In this document: positions 1 to 14,380 of the stretch, one piece after another
Numbering within the stretch: position 1 is the first letter of the stretch
How the letters are laid out: every line of letters starts with the position of its first letter
NCBI RefSeq assembly: GCF_009914755.1
Contig: NC_060929.1
Direction: 5' to 3' (one strand)
From: the human T2T-CHM13v2.0 reference genome, Homo sapiens
DNA: 64,000 nucleotides
The notes under the pieces: generated by a model
What the model saw: only the letters and a program-made list of their open reading frames with translations
What the model was told of the DNA's origin: nothing
Databases searched by the model: none
Made by a program: the position numbers and the translations under genes

Positions 1-853
1 GTATATATCCTTAGAAAATCTAATGCGATCAACAGTCAAAGAAGAAATAAAGTTTTGAGAGAGCCTGGGCAACATAGGGAGACTCTGTCTCTACAAAAAA
101 TACAAAAATGAGCCAGGCATCGTGGCACATGCCTGTAATCCCAGCTACCCAGGAGGCTGAGGTAAGAGGATCACTTGAGCTTAAGAGTTTGAGGCTGCAC
201 TTAGGGTTAGCCATGATCACACCACTGCACTCCAGCCTGGCAACATAGCAAGACCTAATCTCCACTTAAAAAAAAAAAATTAGCCAGGCATGGTGGCTTT
301 AAGAGGATATGACTTCTGAGACCCTCCAAAACTGTTTACAATTAATGGCAAAAGGGCCGGGTGTGGTGGCTCATGCCTGCAATCCCAGCACTTTGGGAGG
401 CCAAGGTGGGCAGATTGCTTGGACCCAGGAGTTTGAGACCAGCCTGGGTAACATGGTGAAAATACATCTCTACAAAAATCACAAAAATTAGCCGGGCAAG
501 GTGGTGCACACCTGTGGTCCCAGCTACTCGGGAGGCTGAGGTGGGAGGATACTTGAGCCCAGGACTTCAAGGCTGCAGTGAGCCGTGATCACACCACTGC
601 ACTCCAGCCTGGGTGACAGAGCAAGACCCTGTCTCAAAGGAAAAAAAAAAAAAAAAAGCAAAAGGAAATCAACAACAAAAGAAAACCTTAATCAGAGGGA
701 GATCAAATGACTAATTGTCATTCCTTTCCTTCCAGAGAGCACTACGAACCTGTAACAAACATCCACAAACTAGACCATGAAAACCAGAGTGTAAATAAGC
801 TTCCCCTACATTTTTTGGGTCTTCCTATATTTTGGAGACTCCAGGTAATTTTA

Positions 854-1229
<376 letters not shown>

Positions 1230-2504
1230 TCATTTCCTGAGATTTACATCTGAAATAAGTAGAAGTAAAGGATGATCGTATGCTCTTATTTCCACATGTT
1301 CTTTCATGAAGTCTGAATGCTTTTATTGAAATGTAAAATATTTTATAGCAGCTTGTATTCTGTCATTTAAACAAACAAAAATTCTCAGGTCACATCTGTA
1401 TTGCTAAACCAGAATGTCTAGAAATAGGGCCAAGAAATGTGTATTTTAACAAGCTCCCAGCTGATTTTGATCTATTGACTCTCCGACTTCAGGCATCTAC
1501 ATAACCTTTGCCGTATTCACATTGCTTTTTTGCTATTACTCACTCAAGTTATTTTAGATTAATTAACTTTAACATTTTATTCATCCTAATCAATACCCAT
1601 TAAATCATGGGTTTGATGCATCTTAAAAAATATACATCAAAAAACTATTTTAAAAATCCATTTGTGGACTGGATAAAATCAGCTCCTGTACCACCCCACT
1701 ACTGCCTCCCAAAGCAGCAATTTTGGGCCCAAACCAATTAGAGCCAAACGTTGGTGCCAGTTCCCTCTTTTTTCACAACCCCTCTTGCAAGGCCTGGGGG
1801 TGTCTCACAGCCCTGTGGAAAGCCCCTTGCTGCCAAGAGGTTCCCTTCTCCCCCTCTTTTTCCCCTGCCTATATCCTTCTGTCCTCCCAACAAACCTGAC
1901 TCTCGAGCTATACCTGACTTAGAATAGTGTCACTGAAGCATGTTAGTGAATGTTAACATAGAATTTGGTGATGGGTAGCAGGTTTAGCTTTTAATATGCA
2001 AAAGTGGTTTTCTAAGATTGGGACTCTTTTCCAAACAGACATCTTCATAGAGCCCTTTTCCTTTCTTTTTTAAATTTTTAATAAGATGGAGGCTCACTTT
2101 GTTGCCCAGGCTGGCCTTGAACTCCTGGGCTCAAGTGATCCTCCAGCCTTGGCCCCCTAAAGTGCTGGGATTACAGGTGTGAGCCACTGTGCCTGGCCTG
2201 TAGATTCCTTTTCATCCAGCACCTGGCCAGACCCCTTGCACATCTCTTCAGCCTTGCTTCTCTTCATCTCTCCTCACTCACTAGTTTTTTACTCATTGGA
2301 ACACAACATCCTCTCTTTTAATACACAAGCTTCCTGCTGCCCCACAGCCTTTGCATTTGTTTTCCTTCCACTAGATTTTCATGTGGCTGCCACCTACACA
2401 TTTTTCTTGGTTTCAACTTAAATGTCACCTCTTTCCTAGAAGCAGCCGCTGACCAACCAGCTAAAGCTACACCACTTCCTACCCCCCAACAAACACCCTC
2501 TACC

Positions 2505-2675
2505 TCAGTGGTTCTCAACTGTGCCCGCAGGGACATTGTCAGTTGTCACCACTGGAGGATGTGACTGGCATCTAGTGGGTGGAGGCCAGGGATGACGCCA
2601 AACACCTTACAATGCACAGGACAGCCCCCTACAACAGAGATTTCTGTCCCCAAATGCCATAGTTGAGAAGCCAGT
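2505..2675 (+). mobile_element. MER20 (hAT-Charlie) DNA transposon relic
   Basis: CAGTGGTTCTCAAC...TGGCATCTAGTGGGTGGAGGCCAGGGATG...TTACAATGCACAGGACAGCCCCC...GTTGAGAAGC. Confidence 0.8.
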
Positions 2676-4723
2676 CTCTATCACAAGATTCTTTCTCTTA
2701 GTAATAATCAGTATCAGAAGTGATAGGTTTTGTATTTCTTCCCTACTAAGCTCCTTAGAACCTGGAGTTCAGGGTTGTTTCCTGAAGAGCACCTGACACC
2801 TGTGTGACTTGCCACAAATTTGATCCACTTTGACTAGAGCTCACAGCAAGTTGAAGATGGCTGACCCAAACTAAATGATGAGCCAGAGAAAATATCGAGT
2901 CGGTTTTCAAATTTGTTCCATTGCTGTTTTGTTAAAACAAAGCTGTTTTGTTTTCAAGAGACAAACAAAAAAAAACTTTTATTAATGAGTATGCATATAA
3001 ATAAACCTAGACAACCACGAAGAGTCCCTCACAGTTTCATGTATTCACAGAATTATTTCATCTTTAAAGCCATCAGTGAACAATTAGTTCTGCTACTTGT
3101 TAAAGTTGTGCAAAATTTCTCAATTTAAACATACAGTCTTAATTATACCACTGTTCTAATGTCCCAAGACTGATTGGAGGTAATGGAATCTCAACAATAT
3201 CTTAAATAGTAATTTAAAAAATTCATTGCGATCTACAAGACTAATATATCTAAAGGAAAATAATTCATATTCACTAAATTCCTCCCCTTTCTTCCTTCTT
3301 ACCTATTCTCCCTTTCACTTGACAATTTTTTTCTACAGTATATGATGATGGCCAAATTACCCAATATCAACTGTTTCAAAAAAGAAATGTTATTTTAAAA
3401 GATACCATACAGCAAGAGACTTATAGGTGTAACACCATTGAAATTATTTGCTAAGCCCTGGCCAGGCACGGTGGCTCACACCTGCAATTCCAATACTTTG
3501 GGAGGCTGAGCAGGCAGATCACTTGACATCAGGAGTTCAAGACCACCCTGGCCAATATGGTGGAACCCTGTCTCTACTAAAAATACAAAAATTAAGTGGA
3601 CATGGTGGCTATCCCAGCTACTCAGGTGGCTGAGGCAGGAGAATTGCTTGAGCCCGAGAGGCAGAGGTTGCAGTGAGCCAAGATTCTGCCACTACACTCT
3701 AGCCTGGATGACAGAGCCAGACTCTGTCTCAAAAGAAAAAAAAAATTATTTACCAAGCTGTGTTTTCGTAGTGTTTTTTAATTCTCCAAACTGCTTCAGT
3801 ATCTGTAGTGTTTTTTACATTTCAAAGACTTCTCACATGTAACATTTCATTGGAATTAGCACTGTACATCATAGTTGATATGGAAATTATTACATCTACA
3901 GATGAAGAAAATGTAGACGTAAAGAACCATTTGCTCTAATGTCATCCAGTGTAACTGCTAAGAGTTAGGATTAGACTCAAGTCCTATCCCTAATCCTGTA
4001 TACTACCCTAAACTCCTAAGCCCCCATACATTGTACTGCACAGAATGCTACTAGTGACTGTACTCATGCATTCAAACAAGTTTTGGAAATGTGTTAAGCA
4101 AAGCTAACCAGATTCCTGGAGTATTACGCATCATAAATCCTCAGGAAGGATCCAGAGAATAGGGCAGTTGCCATAAAGTTAAAAGCCCCACAGGTGTCAG
4201 GCAGGTAACAAAGGTGAGCATGCAGGGAACATAAGGATTTGGGGATTAGAGGATGCAGCCCCATCTAGTGGGACCCTGGTCACATAGCAATCCAGTCCAA
4301 TCTTGCCAGGTCTTTCCAGAGAAACTACAAATCTTGGCTTTAATTTCAAATCTCCAATTTTGTGCATGTTGCCTCAAATTTAAGAAAAAAAGACACTATA
4401 GCTTTTAAAAAATAAAATTTTTGACCAGATCGGGCTGGCCACATTTGGGAAAACTGAAATACCATGTATCACAATCTTATTTGCCCACAGAATTTTCCTT
4501 CAAAGGACCTATAAATTTCCTAGAATGATAACTGCGTTAAAAAATGTTGCCTCTGGCTGGGCGCGGTGGCTTATGCCTGTAATCCCAACACTTTGGGGAG
4601 GCCAAAGCGGGTGGCTCACCTGAGGTCAGGAGTTGGAGGCCAGCCTGGCCAATATGGTGAAACCCTGTCTCTACTAAAAATAAGCTGGGCGTTGTGGCGG
4701 GCATCTGTAATCCCAGCTACTCA

Positions 4724-4828
<105 letters not shown>

Positions 4829-5694
4829 TCAAAAAAACAAAAACAAAAACAAAAAGTTTCCTCTGAAAGCAAGCATCCTGTTGCCCCAGACAACTATGGT
4901 ATGGGTAGCTCTGAACCTCAACCATGAATTATTTCAGAGTTTACTCAAACTGAAATTGAAATTAATACCCAGCCTTAACTGTTCATGTAGAAATGTTTCT
5001 TTTCTGACAAATCTAGCCCTTGCAAATCTATACTTAGTAGAGAACAGTGTTTCTCCATGTTGGTCAGGCTGGTCTCAAACTCCCGACCGCTAGTGATCCA
5101 CTCACCTCAGCCTTCCAAAGCGCTGGGATTACAGGCATGAGCCACCATGCCCGGCCGGCAAATATATACTTCTAAACAATTATACTGGTTTAGTATAATT
5201 GTTTTTTATATATTTTTATACTGACTAAAGATATCCTTACAATAAGCCTAATTGAATTGTAAAAAAAAAAAAAAAAAAAATACAGGAATTGATTAGATAT
5301 GAGAAAGACACTTTGCCTTTCCAAAACAATTTTATCTTTTTTTTTTTTCCTTAAATTTTTTTCTTAATAGAGATGGGGTATTGCCATGTTGCCCAGGCTG
5401 GTCTCAAACTTCTGGGCTCAAGCTACCTGCCCACCTTGGCTTCACAAAGTGCTGGGATTACAGGCATGAGCCACGGCGCTAGCCTCCTAAACAATTTTAA
5501 ACATGAAAGTGGTTTGGAGGCGATTTAGAATTTGGGTCAAAACTAGTGAGTTTCAAACACTTATATCTGCAATGTAACTTATAAGGCAGAAAAGGCAGAC
5601 TTTTCCCTACTCCCGCCTTTTTTTTTTCTTTTATTGCTGATCTTCTTGGTTCTAAAAATTTGTTCAGAAAGCCTGATGGTTGTTTAAATGCTTA

Positions 5695-6015
<321 letters not shown>

Positions 6016-6429
6016 TCAAAAAAAAAAAAAAAAATTGCATAAATATGTTAAATCACCTGGCAAATGATTTTCTTCCCCTGGTGTCTATGTGTTCCATACT
6101 ATTGTAGGCTCTTTAACTGGTAAAACAGCTACCCCAATTCAGAGATCCAGTACTTAATGCATCACATTTCCAGAGTTATGAGAAAACAGCTAAACCTGTG
6201 AGTTAGACTCACTTTGTTTCCCCACGGAGGAAATAAAAACCCACGATTTGAAACCTTTGGAAAACATAGGAAATGCAACATTTGGAAGTATAACATAGAA
6301 ACAAGAGATAATCATACAATGCTTCCAAATGAAGTCTCACGTTGGATTTGCTGGTTTTTAAGACAGATTCCCCTCTTCTGGACAGCTGTGATGGCCAAGA
6401 TAGAAGTTCATTTGCTATGTTTCCAGGGA

Positions 6430-6463
6430 CTATTCTCTTTGATGTATACAGGATTTATGGGGT
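6430..6463 (-). CDS. HAVCR1: Alternative terminal segment giving the KIM-1a tail RPHKSCIHQRE*
   Basis: ttctttttag|A CCC CAT AAA TCC TGT ATA CAT CAA AGA GAA TAG. Joined to exon 8 it gives 359-36+11 = 334 aa, the recalled length of KIM-1a. Confidence 0.85.
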
Positions 6464-6607
6464 CTAAAAAGAACATACAATTATAAAGTGTTCATATTTG
6501 AGAGAAAACTGCAATGATCAGAAGGATTGAGCCAGTTTTAGCATAAAAAATTAGGACTACATTAATGATGAGGTTGACTATACACAGTTTGGAGTGAGAG
6601 AGTTACT

Positions 6608-6861
6608 CTACCCAGTATCACTGACATGTTGGAATGCCAGATGAAACTGAAACAGAAAAATTGTCTTGGGGTCTAAAAGACGTCTGATGTGCTGATGTCT
6701 GTTCAGTCTTCTGCACTCATGGGCGTAAACTCTCAAAGAGCACCACTGGGTCTTAGTCCGTGGCATAAAGACTATTCTCAATGTAGATATTGTCTTCTGC
6801 TTGGACTTCCTTTTCAACTGCATTTTGCAAAGCTTTAATTTGAAGGCTGCTAAATGAAACA
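6608..6861 (-). CDS. HAVCR1: Alternative frame of exon 9 used when exon 8 is skipped (MFHLAAFKLK...QHVSDTG)
   Basis: The exon 7 terminal A joins TG to form ATG and stays open to the stop at 6608 (ORF 6608..6913). This gives 396 aa here, or 401 aa with the reference mucin, which matches an annotated isoform length as I recall it. Confidence 0.7.
6753..6861 (-). CDS. HAVCR1: HAVCR1 exon 9 coding part, KIM-1b cytoplasmic tail with the QAEDNIY tyrosine motif
   Basis: ctacag|T GTT TCA...ACG GAC TAA; stop at 6755-6753. Confidence 0.97.
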
Positions 6862-7422
6862 CTGTAGAAAGAGTTGTTGAAGAATAACATGAGTAAGAAA
6901 AAAAGCAGACCACTTCTCACATATAAGCTGCACTTTTGTTTATGATCAGGCAATATCAGGTATTCGAGACTCCAGGAGCCCCGTTCACACAAAGTATAAA
7001 ATAAATAGTGCCTTCCAGAGTTGTAAAAGGTGTGGCTCTTATTATTAAGTTGAAGAAAAGTCTGTTTAATAAGCATGTAGACAATCTAAGAAGTATTCAA
7101 AAACTCAGACTGGTCTCTTTGAAACTCGCATAATAGAATACAAAAATGGAAAATCTAAAAATACAGAGCTCTGACATCAAACTAAGTGGCTGAATCAAGA
7201 TGCATATTTTCAAATGTGGCTAAGCATTGGATGACTGGTGCTTTTCCAACTGTAGCTTGTGATCCTTTAGAGAGGGTTGTTAAATCTACTTAGCCATCTA
7301 CATCCTATATTCAAGATAAAAACAGAACAGAGAAACGTTGAATATAGTTAAATAGTACTGTTTCACAAGTATACACTGGATCATAGTGTTAAAAATCTTC
7401 CTGTGCTGGATGCAGTAGCTCA

Positions 7423-7677
<255 letters not shown>

Positions 7678-8654
7678 TCAGTAGAAACAGTGGAAATACA
7701 AGTGAGGGAAGAAAGTAGACTTAGTTTTAACTTACGTGTAGCATTTTGATGTAACTGGTTATTTTTATATATTTGTATATAGTGACTATTTGTTACCAAA
7801 GCCTGCCCCCAAAATATGGAACTTGTCTTCATTCAGCTGCAGATGAAACACATGTCCACACATTTTAAGAACTGTGAAAAACAAAGCTCCACTATGGTCC
7901 CTAAACAGGTCAGTCATACATGTGTGAAGACACTTAGTTTAAGTGTCAATGAGCTCAAATGACTCAGTGTGATATAACTGCCGAGAAGATAATGTCATGA
8001 AGAAGTGTTCATAATTTGTTAGTGTGGGTTTTTTTTTTTTTTGGCTTTTTTTATACTTTACACATTTCTCTTCCATTCCAGAAATATTTATGAGCACAGA
8101 TTCGTGAGATTGAGTCCTTTATATGCTATGTGATGTGACCTTACATGTCACTCAACATTTCTGAAACTGTTTTCCAATCTGTAAAATGAGAATAGTGCCT
8201 CTCTCGCAGTTTATTGCTGTGAAGGGCTTGAATGCAATAACAAAAGTCGATGTGTATTGAGCACTTACAGTATGCTGGGCACTGTTCAGACAGGTTCTGT
8301 GGATTGGCTCAGGTAATTAACTCAGACTCAGGAAAGTCTGTGTACAAGCATCCAATGAAGGAGAACTAGACTTAATAGATGGCAGCCTAAGTAAGAGGGA
8401 TAGATTCTGAATCAGAGAAAGTCCTTGCTTAAAACTCAGCCTGAACCAAATGAAGCAGGCTGGCTGGCTTTAGAACTAGGTAGTTGTCTCCTACCACTAC
8501 AGGCAGTGTGGCAGATGGCCTTGGGGCATAGATGCAGTAAAGGGGATTTAAATTGTACCTGGGGCCAGGTGCGGTCCCTCACGCCTATAATCCCAGCACT
8601 TTGGGAGGCCAAGGTAGGCGGATCACCTGAGGTGAGGAGTTTGAGACCAGCCTA

Positions 8655-8813
<159 letters not shown>

Positions 8814-9347
8814 TCAAAAAAAAAAAAAAAAAAAAGTAACTAGGCAGCAGGGTAGACTGAAAGGTCTTTAAAGGCAAATTCAAGTGCCTGCAAGGCTAGA
8901 CAGCTAATATAGATCAGTGGAGCAGGCTGGGTAGGGAGCAGCAGGGAATGATGGAAGCTGTGGAAAACTGGAGGCACTTGCCCTACCTCAGTGCCTTTGC
9001 ACTCCCTGCCCCTGCAGCCAGGAATTATCTTCCTCCAAATTAGCTGCTTTCTTGGCACTCAATCAAACAGATCCTTATCCTGTTCTATAGTCCCCATGGT
9101 GTTTATCTGTAAGCATGTAAAAGAACCATGCTTATTTGCTTACATGGTTTTTGTCTGTTATATTCATCTCTTTGGAATATAATAGCCAATAACACTCAGT
9201 AAGACAAAGCATCGAATATGGTGAAACCCTGTCTCTACTAAAAGTATGAAAAAATGGCCGGGCGCGGTGGCTCATGTCTGTAATTCCAGCACTTTGGGAG
9301 GCCGAGGCAGGCAGATCACCGGAGGTCAGGAGTTTGAAACCAGCCTA

Positions 9348-9584
<237 letters not shown>

Positions 9585-9872
9585 TCATTCAATGTTTACT
9601 TCCATCGAGCAAATCTTGCAATTTAGTTATCTTGCCCTATGGGGTTTGCTTAGGATTGAGGTGCTCCCTCTGTACCAGCTCTGCCACAACTCCAGGGAAA
9701 TACACAAAGCTACAAATATCACTGGAAGGTGTAAATAATAGAATTGCTCATTAAAGTGGACTGTCAGGATCCAAGGTATGCGATGGAGAGTTTAGGAGAG
9801 AGACAGAAATCTATTTTTATTTTACCAGAGTAGGAACCTCAAAAGTATTGATAGAAATATTTTTGAGCTTAC

Positions 9873-9906
9873 CTTAGTTGTTGAACCTCCTTTTTGAAGA
9901 AATACT
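9873..9906 (-). CDS. HAVCR1: HAVCR1 exon 8 (KYFFKKEVQQL)
   Basis: atttag|AG TAT TTC...CTA AG|gtaagc; 34 nt. Confidence 0.96.
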
Positions 9907-10799
9907 CTAAATTGAAGGGGTGGGGAGAGAGGAGTTGAAGAGAAAACTAAACATCTCAGCAAGAGTTTTAATCTTTTTTTCAATCAAGTGTATTATTTCT
10001 GTTATTACTTAGATTTTTCCCTGGTACCTTGAGGTGTCTCCTTCCCATGTCCCTTTTGATTCTGCAGGACCCAAACAAGCCATTTACTGTCCAGTATCTC
10101 AATTTCATTAATGGTTTGGTGTATTCATCCACATATCCTCCCTAACTTTAATGCAATTCTTAAATTATCTTTCATTTTTTTAAAAAAAATGAGTAAGTCC
10201 AAGATCCTTCTGATAGGCTACTGAACAACAGGCGTCAACCAAGATTTGTTTTAGATGAACTGGGTCATAAAGATACTTTAAGAGTCACCTCTATCAAAGG
10301 ATACTTTTGCAAGAGTTTGTACTACCAGTCATCTCTCTCCTAAACAAGGAAATAATGAGTTATTTTTGCTTAAGGAGTAAAGTATATTTTGAGGTTGTTA
10401 GGGCTCAGAATACAATACCCTCAAATAGGCTTCTTTGGAATTCAAAGTGAGAGCACCTGGGGAGGAGCATATTTAGGAAAGGGCTTTCTCTGAAGCTCCC
10501 CTATCTAGCTAAAGGCCAGATCCTCCAGAAGATATTCTGTTGTTGTCAATCCTTTCCCCAGATATCTCGATATCTCATCAATGGCAGGGCGGGGGCGGGG
10601 GCGGGTGGGGGTGGTGGGGGAACTGATGCACATCACAGGAAGGAGACTAGAGCTGACAACACATCCAGAGTCCAGAGGAATTTGTCCTGCCCTACAGTCT
10701 GTTCTTTGGGCCCATTCATCTCCCCTAAAAATCATTTACTCTTCCTCTAAAATTGTCTACATCCATCACTTTTCTCTCCCCTAAGAAAAGGGTATTTAA

Positions 10800-12078
10800 G
10801 GCCAGGTGCAGTGGCTCATGCCTGCAATCCCAACACTTTGGGAGGCAGAGGCAGGCGGTCAGGAGTTCAAGACCAGCCTGACCAACATGGTGAAAACCCC
10901 ATCTCTACTAAAAACACGAAAATCATTCGGGTGTGGTGGCACGAGCCTGTAATCCCAGCTACTCAGGAGGCTGAGGCAGGAGAATTGCTTGAACCTGGGA
11001 GGCAGAGGTTGCAGTGAGCTTTAAGGGGGCCAGCCCCTCCACACCTGTGGGTATTTCTCATCAGGTGGGACAAGAGACTGAGAAAAGAAATAAGACACAG
11101 AGACAAAGTATAGAGAAAGAGCAGTGGGCCCAAGGGACCGGCGCTCAGCATACGGAGGACCCACGCCGGCACTTGTCTCTGAGTTCCCTCAGTATTTATT
11201 GATCTCTATCTCTACTGTCTCAGTGAGGGGGATGTGGCAGGACTATAGGGTAATGGTGGGGAGAGGGTCAGCAGGAAAACATGTGAGCAAAGGTCTCTGT
11301 GTCATAAATAAGTTTAAGGAAAGGTGCTGTGCCTCGATGTGCACGTAGGCCAGGTTTATGTTTGACTTTACACAAACATCTCAGTGCAGTAAAGAGCAGT
11401 ATTGCTGCCAGCATGTCCCACCTCCAGCCATAAGGCAGTTTTCTTCTATCTCAGTAAATAGAATGTATGATCGGGTTTTACACCGAGACATTCCATTCCC
11501 AGGGACAAGCAGGAGACAGATGCCTTCCTCTTATCTCAACTGCAAAGAGGCCTTCCTCTTTCACTAATCCTCAGCACAGACCCTTTACGGGTGTCGGGCT
11601 GGGGGAGGGTCAGGTCTTTCCCTTCCCACAAGGCCATATCTCGGGCTGTCTCAGTGGGGAGAAACCTTGGACAATACCTAGGCTTTCTTGGGCAGAGGTC
11701 CCTGAGGCCTTCCGCAGTGCATTTTGTCCCTGGGTACTCGAGACTGGAGAATGGCGATGACTTTTACCAAGCATACTGCCTGCAAACACATTTTTAACAA
11801 AGCACCTCCTGCACAGCCCTAATCCATTAAACCTTGAGTCAACACAGCACATGTTTCTGCGAGCACAGGGTTGGGGTTAGGGTTACAGATTAAGAGCATC
11901 TCAAGGCAGAAGAATTTTTCTTAGTACAGAACAAACTGGAGTTCCTTATGTCTTCTTCTTTCTACATAGACACAGTAACAGTCTGATCTCTCTTTCTTTT
12001 CCCCCACAGAGCTGAGATCACACCACTGCATTCCAGTCTGAGTGACAGAGCAAGAGACTCTGTCTCCAAAAAAAAAGA
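10800..12078 (+). mobile_element. AluS element split by the LTR5 insertion
   Basis: Alu sequence breaks at GCAGTGAGCT (11020) and resumes at GAGCTGAGATC (12009); 18-bp TSD AAGAAAAGGGTATTTAAG at 10783-10800 and 12079-12096. Confidence 0.93.
11021..12008 (-). mobile_element. HERV-K(HML-2) solo LTR, LTR5B/LTR5A-like, 988 bp
   Basis: Minus strand starts TGTGGGGGAAAAGAAAGAGAGATCAGACTGTTACTG and ends GGAGGGGCTGGCCCCCTTAA (terminal CA mutated); 5-bp TSD GAGCT at 11016-11020 and 12009-12013; AATAAA at 11200-11195. Confidence 0.93.
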
Positions 12079-12749
12079 AAGAAAAGGGTATTTAAGCTCC
12101 AGTCATCTGGCCCTTTCTTCCATCTCATATTTTGTGTGGCTTCTGTACACATAATAAATATGTATTCATTTTCTCCTGTTAATCTCCTAATAATCTATTT
12201 TTTTTTTGGCGTACTCAAGTATCAAAATTTCAGAGGGAAAGTTTGAACTTCCCTGCAAGGTATTTTACCCAATTTCTAAATAACTTTGACTAAGCAAGCT
12301 CCAAAATAATTATATAAAAACTTCCTCAAATTTGCCAAACATACTCTTAATTTTCTGATTCTCCTCTGCCTAGACCCATGAACTAAATCAGTCATGGCTT
12401 CAAATACCACATCTTGCAAAATAGCTAACTAGGGTTCTTTTATGGGAGGCAGGTTATACTGAGACAAACACACACACACACAGTTAGCAGAAGGGAGACA
12501 TGAAGCCTGGGGTGGTTGCTTTTTGAAGACTTTTGTTTTACTTTTTTAGTCTGTGTCTTGCTATCAGTTTCCCCTCCCAGTGTCTCATGTGCCTCTTCTG
12601 CTAAATGAGTGTTGCAAAATTTTAACAATATCACCCCCACAGGGAAAAAAATTAGATCTTGTAGGGTGGAGAAAATAAATCTTATATATCACAATGGTGT
12701 GTTGACTTCCAGATCGCAACACTACCCAACAAACTCCTATTTCTTGATA

Positions 12750-13066
12750 CAGTTGGCCCTCGATGTCCACAGGTTTGGCATCCTCAGTTTCAACCACTCG
12801 CAAATTGAAAATTAAAAAAAAAATAAAAATAATACACAACAATAATAATACAGATAAAAACAATACAATATAACAACTATTTACATGGCATTTACGTTGT
12901 ATATTAGGTGTTCTAAGTAATCTAGGGAAGATTTAAAGTATACTGGAGGAAGTGAGTAGGCTATGTGCAAATACTACACCATTTTATAAGGGACTTGAGC
13001 ATCTGCAGATTTTGGAATCAAGGGGCTCTGGAACCAATCCCCCAAGGGTACTGAGGAACACCTGTA
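12750..13066 (-). mobile_element. MER2 (TcMar-Tigger) element
   Basis: CAGTTGGCCCTC...TAAGTAATCTAGGG...GGGACTTGAGCATCTGCAGATTTTGG...GGAACCAATCCCCC. Confidence 0.75.
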
Positions 13067-13278
13067 TTTAATTTTTCTTGGCCTGGCATTGTGGCTCATG
13101 CCTGTAATCCTAGAACTTTGGGAGGCCGAGGCAGGTGGATCACCTGAGGTTAGGAGTTTGAGACCAGCCTAGCCAACATGGCAAAACCCCGTCTCTACTA
13201 AAAATACAAAAATTCGGCCGGGCGTGGTGGCTCATGCCTGTAATCCCAGCACTTTGGGAGGCCAAGGCAGGCGGATCA

Positions 13279-13560
<282 letters not shown>

Positions 13561-13580
13561 TTAAAAAATAGTGGTTTTAA

Positions 13581-13925
<345 letters not shown>

Positions 13926-14265
13926 TAAGAAATGGGGTCCCACCATGTTGTTCAGGCTAGTCTTGAACTCCTGGGCTCAAGCAATCCTCCTGCCTCACTC
14001 AGCCTCCCAAGTAGCTAGGATTACAGGCATAAGACCCCACACCCAGCTCCCATTCTTAGTGCTTTGTAGGTACCAATGCATTTAAACTTCATTTCCCTTC
14101 CCCCTTGAGGTAGATGGTATTACCATGTGACTTTTACAAATGAGGATTTGGGGAGACAAAGGGAAGTCGTGTGAAATCAAAATCATGTGACTTATGAAAC
14201 TAGTGAACCCAGGCAATTTGGCTGTACATCCCTTGTCCCTTAGGAACAACCTCGAAATGACTTAC

Positions 14266-14380
14266 TTTTGGCAATGATGACACCCAAAAGAGCAAGAAGC
14301 ACCAAGACAGAAATACAGACTCCAGCATAGATTCCTTTAGTGGTATTGGCCGTCAGTAGACTATGTTCTAGGAACAGTTG
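14266..14380 (-). CDS. HAVCR1: HAVCR1 exon 7, transmembrane segment (QLFLEHSLLTANTTKGIYAGVCISVLVLLALLGVIIAK)
   Basis: cctcag|CAA CTG...GCC AAA A|gtaagt; 115 nt; within ORF 14240..14440. Confidence 0.97.

Larger units (their letters stand above)
10396..12257 (+). mobile_element. ERV1-class solo LTR (MER39/MER4-group-like), interrupted by an Alu and an LTR5
   Basis: Starts TGTTAGGGCTCAGAA and ends CCCTGCA; 4-bp TSD AGGT at 10392-10395 and 12258-12261. Subfamily is tentative. Confidence 0.75.

Noticed and set aside
11014-11852. Cluster of short ORFs in intron 7
   Set aside because: All lie within the LTR5 solo LTR; no gag, pol or env sequence is present.
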